This document shows positions 60,313 to 64,000 of a stretch of DNA of 64,000 nucleotides, in pieces. Numbering within the stretch: the stretch's first letter is position 1; the number at the start of each line of letters is the position of its first letter. A model generated the notes under the pieces. That model saw nothing but the letters and a program-made list of their open reading frames with translations. It ran no database searches and was not told where the DNA came from. The position numbers were made by a program, and so were the translations under genes. This DNA is from Chiloscyllium plagiosum (taxonomy: Eukaryota), in NCBI RefSeq assembly GCF_004010195.1, contig NC_057718.1, forward strand, positions 11,249,569 through 11,313,568, read 5' to 3'.

Positions 60313-60834
60313 AGGGTTCAAGCCAAGGGCAGCTGACATTGTGACATATGTATCTGATGAATCTGTGATATATTCTCTCCAAAATATTCTTCCTGAGGTT
60401 TTGTGGCTGATATATATCTTTCAATCAACGTTACTACACACAGATTATCTGATCATTACCACTTTGCAGTTTTGTGGGAGCTTTCTGTTTCCAAATGGGC
60501 TCTCGCATTTCCTGCATTACAATGTACGTGACAACACTTTGAAAGCATCTGATTGACTGCAAGACGTTTTCTGTATGTTCTGAGTTTGTGAGGGCACTTT
60601 CATCGAGACAAGTTGCTCAGATCTGGTCAGAAAAGGGGTCTCGCCCAGTGGTTTGACACATTGGGGTAAAACCCAGCACTTTGGCACAATTGTCATTTAC
60701 CAGTTTCACAGAGGCGGAGCCTATTGTCAGTTTGATTGCTGAAGATCACGTCATTGATTATCTGTTCCTGCTCAGGTAAATGTTCCAGTCTAGAACAGTG
60801 AGGCTGTCTGTAAAGTGTGGAATATGTGACACTG

Positions 60835-60853
60835 TGGCACCCTCTAGTGTCCA
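60835..60853 (-). promoter_or_regulatory. CTCF-like site
   Basis: Minus strand tggacactagagggtgcca resembles the CTCF core TGGCCACCAGGGGGCGCTA; motif match only. Confidence 0.35.
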
Positions 60854-60874
60854 CACATGTTGGGTGATTTCTCA

Positions 60875-61028
60875 TGATTTGGAGGTGCCAGTGTTGGACT
60901 GGGGTGTACAAAGTTAAAAATCACACAACACCAGGTTATAGACCAACGGGTTTAATTGGAAGCACAAGCTTTCTGAGCGACGCTCCTTCATCAACCCCCT
61001 GATGAAGGAGTGGCACTCTGAAAGCTGA
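60875..61028. mobile_element. PLE-type family D terminus with short inversion and two opposed hammerhead-like cores
   Basis: agctttctgagcgacgctccttcatcaa / ctgatga-a-ggag-tggca-ctct-gaaa-gct; tgatttctca duplicated (60865-74, 61029-38). Confidence 0.78.
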
Positions 61029-61116
61029 TGATTTCTCAGATTCAGTGAGCTGCGGTATTGAGGAACCAGGACCATCCTTAACTCAGACCATTATGAGGCT
61101 CTCATTAGTGATTGAG

Positions 61117-61450
61117 GTCAAAAATCAAATGACACCATGTTATATTCAGACAGGTTTATTTGAAGTTGCAAGCTTTCAAAGCTCCACTTCTTCCTCAGGT
61201 GTGGTATGATAGTGAGGTATAAGACGTTGTATTTATAAGCGAAAAGTTAACAACTTTAAAACTAGCTGCCCTTGTTGAATCCTTTACTGTAATCAGTTAG
61301 GGAGGTAGACTAGATTAAAATCCAGATTCCTTTCAGGTCTTTGCCCTTAGATAATTACAGGTTTTCTCAATGTACAAGAGGTGACACCTCAGGTTAGACA
61401 ATGTGCTTTAGGTGTGAGGTTTGAATCTGTCTATGTTCTGACCTGAGGAG
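61117..61450 (-). mobile_element. Old family D-related PLE 3' end
   Basis: Minus strand ctgagga-a-gaag-tggag-cttt-gaaa-gctt...caaataaacctgt. Confidence 0.55.
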
Positions 61451-61765
61451 AGGTCCATAGAATCTGCACCGATAGAAGATGACGCTACATCTGCACTCAT
61501 TCCACTTTCCAGCAAGTAGCCCATAGCTGGGCATGTTATGACTGTGTCTGAGTAAAAGGATCCCCTTCTGAATGATCTACCCAGGCAGTGCATTCTAGAC
61601 CCCCCACCACAGCCTCCGGGTGAAAAAGCTTTTCCTCCAATCCCCTCATAACCCCCTGCCTCTCACTGTAACATTGACCATTCAATGAAGAGGAAAAGCT
61701 GCCTCCTATCCCTGTGGCCAGGTGAATTGCTCCCACCCATGTGTGAGCTTCTGACCCTCATTTAC

Positions 61766-62215
61766 GGGCAGCACAGTGGCCCAGTGGTTAGCACTGCTGC
61801 CTCACAGCACCAGGGTCCCAGGGTTGATTCCAGCCTCGGGTGACTGTCTGTGTGGAGTTTGCACGTTCTCCCCTTGTCTACATGGGTTTCCTCCGGGTGC
61901 TCCGGTTTCCTCCCACAGTTGAAAGATGTACGGGTTACATGAATTGGCCATGCTAAATTCCTGATGAAGGGCTTTTGCCCGAAACGTTGATCCTCCTGCT
62001 CCTCAGATGCTGCCTGACCTGCTGTGCTTTTCCAGCCCCACACTCTCTACTCTGATCTCTAGCTGCTGCAGTCCTCACTTTCGCCCTGTGCTAAATTCCC
62101 CACAGTGTCCAGGGATGTCTAGGTTAGGTGCATTAGTCAGGAGAAGTAGTAGGGGAATGGGTTGGGGTAGACTCGTTGGGCCAAATGGCCTGTTTCCACA
62201 CCATAGGGGTTCTGT
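61766..62215 (+). mobile_element. HE1-type SINE with a family A PLE terminus inserted (~61961-62088)
   Basis: tgctaaattcc duplicated (61951-61, 62089-99); intact core ctgatga-a-gggc-tttt-gccc-gaaa-cgtt. Confidence 0.88.
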
Positions 62216-62285
62216 GATGACCCTGAAGACCTCAGGGAAATTCCTGCCGAAAGGTCTAATTTATGTCGACGGATGGAAGAGCCGG

Positions 62286-62785
62286 NNNNNNNNNNNNNNN
62301 NNNNNNNNNNNNNNNNNNNNNNNNNNNNNNNNNNNNNNNNNNNNNNNNNNNNNNNNNNNNNNNNNNNNNNNNNNNNNNNNNNNNNNNNNNNNNNNNNNNN
62401 NNNNNNNNNNNNNNNNNNNNNNNNNNNNNNNNNNNNNNNNNNNNNNNNNNNNNNNNNNNNNNNNNNNNNNNNNNNNNNNNNNNNNNNNNNNNNNNNNNNN
62501 NNNNNNNNNNNNNNNNNNNNNNNNNNNNNNNNNNNNNNNNNNNNNNNNNNNNNNNNNNNNNNNNNNNNNNNNNNNNNNNNNNNNNNNNNNNNNNNNNNNN
62601 NNNNNNNNNNNNNNNNNNNNNNNNNNNNNNNNNNNNNNNNNNNNNNNNNNNNNNNNNNNNNNNNNNNNNNNNNNNNNNNNNNNNNNNNNNNNNNNNNNNN
62701 NNNNNNNNNNNNNNNNNNNNNNNNNNNNNNNNNNNNNNNNNNNNNNNNNNNNNNNNNNNNNNNNNNNNNNNNNNNNNNNNNNNNN
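62286..62785. other. Assembly gap (500 N)
   Basis: Run of N. Confidence 1.
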
Positions 62786-62854
62786 TGCGAGTGACCAAGG
62801 TTACTTTTTTGGGTGATGCTTTCTCTTTGTAACTGGTCAGTCTGCCTCTGAAAC

Positions 62855-63072
62855 AGGAGAAATTGAGGACTGCAGACGCTGGAGAGTCAGAATCGAAAAG
62901 TGTGTTGCTGGAAAAGCACAGCAGGTCAGGCAGCATCCGAGGAGCAGGGCAACTGATGTTTCGGGCATCAGCCCTTCATCAGGAATGGCGGGGAGGGGGA
63001 ATGGTGGTGGGGGTGGGTTTGATGGTGGGGGAAGGAAGCTGAGAGATAAGTAGGAGAGCGGGGATGGGGCTG
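62855..63072 (-). mobile_element. PLE family A 3' end
   Basis: ggagaaattgaggactgcagacgctgg...tttcgggcatcagcccttcatcaggaat. Confidence 0.85.
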
Positions 63073-63149
63073 TCTATTAAACAGCCACCCACACTCATGT
63101 GTATTTGCCTAGGAATTAAAAGCAATCACTAAACAACGTGGGTTAACAA

Positions 63150-63720
63150 TGTGTCCATGGAGTCATTAGGCGTGGAAACAGACCCGTTGGTCCAACCAGT
63201 CCACACTGACCATGTTCCCAAACTACATTAAAATCCCACCAAAGCTTTCCTGTTCATGAACTTATCCAAATGTTTTTTGAATGTTCTAAGTGTATCTGCA
63301 TCCATCACTTTCTCTGGCACTTAATTCCACACACGAATCACTCTGTGTTAAAAAGCTGCCCCTCATGTGCTTTTTAAATCATCCTCCTCTCACCTTAAAA
63401 ATACGTCCCCTAGTTTTAAACTCCTCTAACCTGGAGGAGAAGCCTTATCTGTGCCTCTCATGATTTTATAAACTGTCTACGCTCCAGTGAAAAAAATGTC
63501 CCAGCCTTTCCAGTCTATTTTCATATCTCAAACCTTCCATTCCCAGCAATATTCTGGTAATTATTTTCCGAATCCTCCCCAATTTAATAATATTCTTCCT
63601 ATAACAGGGCAATCAGAACCACACACAATATTCCAGAACAAGCCTCATCAATGTCTATAAAATCTCAACATAATAATGATCCACATCCTACACTCAAAAG
63701 TCTGAGCAATGACGGCAAAT
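63150..63720 (-). mobile_element. CR1 3' fragment, degenerate
   Basis: ggaaacagacccgttggtccaacc...cagaaccacacacaatattccag (reverse of LEYCV.F). Confidence 0.8.
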
Positions 63721-64000
63721 GGTGCTAAACCTATCGAGCTGTGATGCAAATTTCAAAAAATCATGCCGTTGTGGAAATAGTGATGACTGGCATGAGGTGA
63801 TTTGTTATTCATTAGTGATTCACTCAGATTGTTGTATTATTGCATAGATCCAAAAACAGACAGACAGTGTACCTTCAAGACAGATAGTATCACATGATGT
63901 GATATTCCAGCAGCCCTCACCTTCCATTGTCGTTGTTGTAGTAACAGGATAGGCAGTATGGTGATAATCTGTATGTAGTTACTGTATCTTCGCTTTACAC

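Noticed and set aside
62265..62285. gatggaagagccgg beside the gap resembles an Illumina adapter (GATCGGAAGAGC)
   Set aside because: Imperfect short match; at most an assembly-edge artefact, not biology.

Overview
Vertebrate, most likely shark (cartilaginous fish), intergenic or intronic DNA. The taxon is inferred from HE1-type V-SINEs, SacSINE1-like Deu-domain SINEs and CR1/HER1-type LINE tails. I recognise no intact protein-coding gene; the ORF track is mostly decayed retroelement fragments, simple repeats and N-gaps (33399-33735, 62286-62785). The window is a nested mosaic of CR1 LINE 3' fragments, a second CR1/L2-group LINE, L2 tails, one L1 3' end, four SINE families, a solo LTR, two Tigger/pogo-like MITEs, a ~1.2 kb 24-bp minisatellite and about 30 Penelope-like element (PLE) pieces. 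The strongest signal is in the PLE termini. At least three families carry a minimal hammerhead-ribozyme core (CUGANGA-A-stem II-GAAA plus a 4-nt palindromic stem III, ACGU or AGCU) with compensatory stem changes between copies. They occur as solo, inverted and tandem units with 10-15 bp target-site duplications (TSDs). One small tandem unit (43183-43570) has two intact cores 285 nt apart, a retrozyme-like layout. PLE hammerheads are a known class, so any novelty lies in these shark families. Repeat boundaries were read by eye and are approximate unless a TSD is given.
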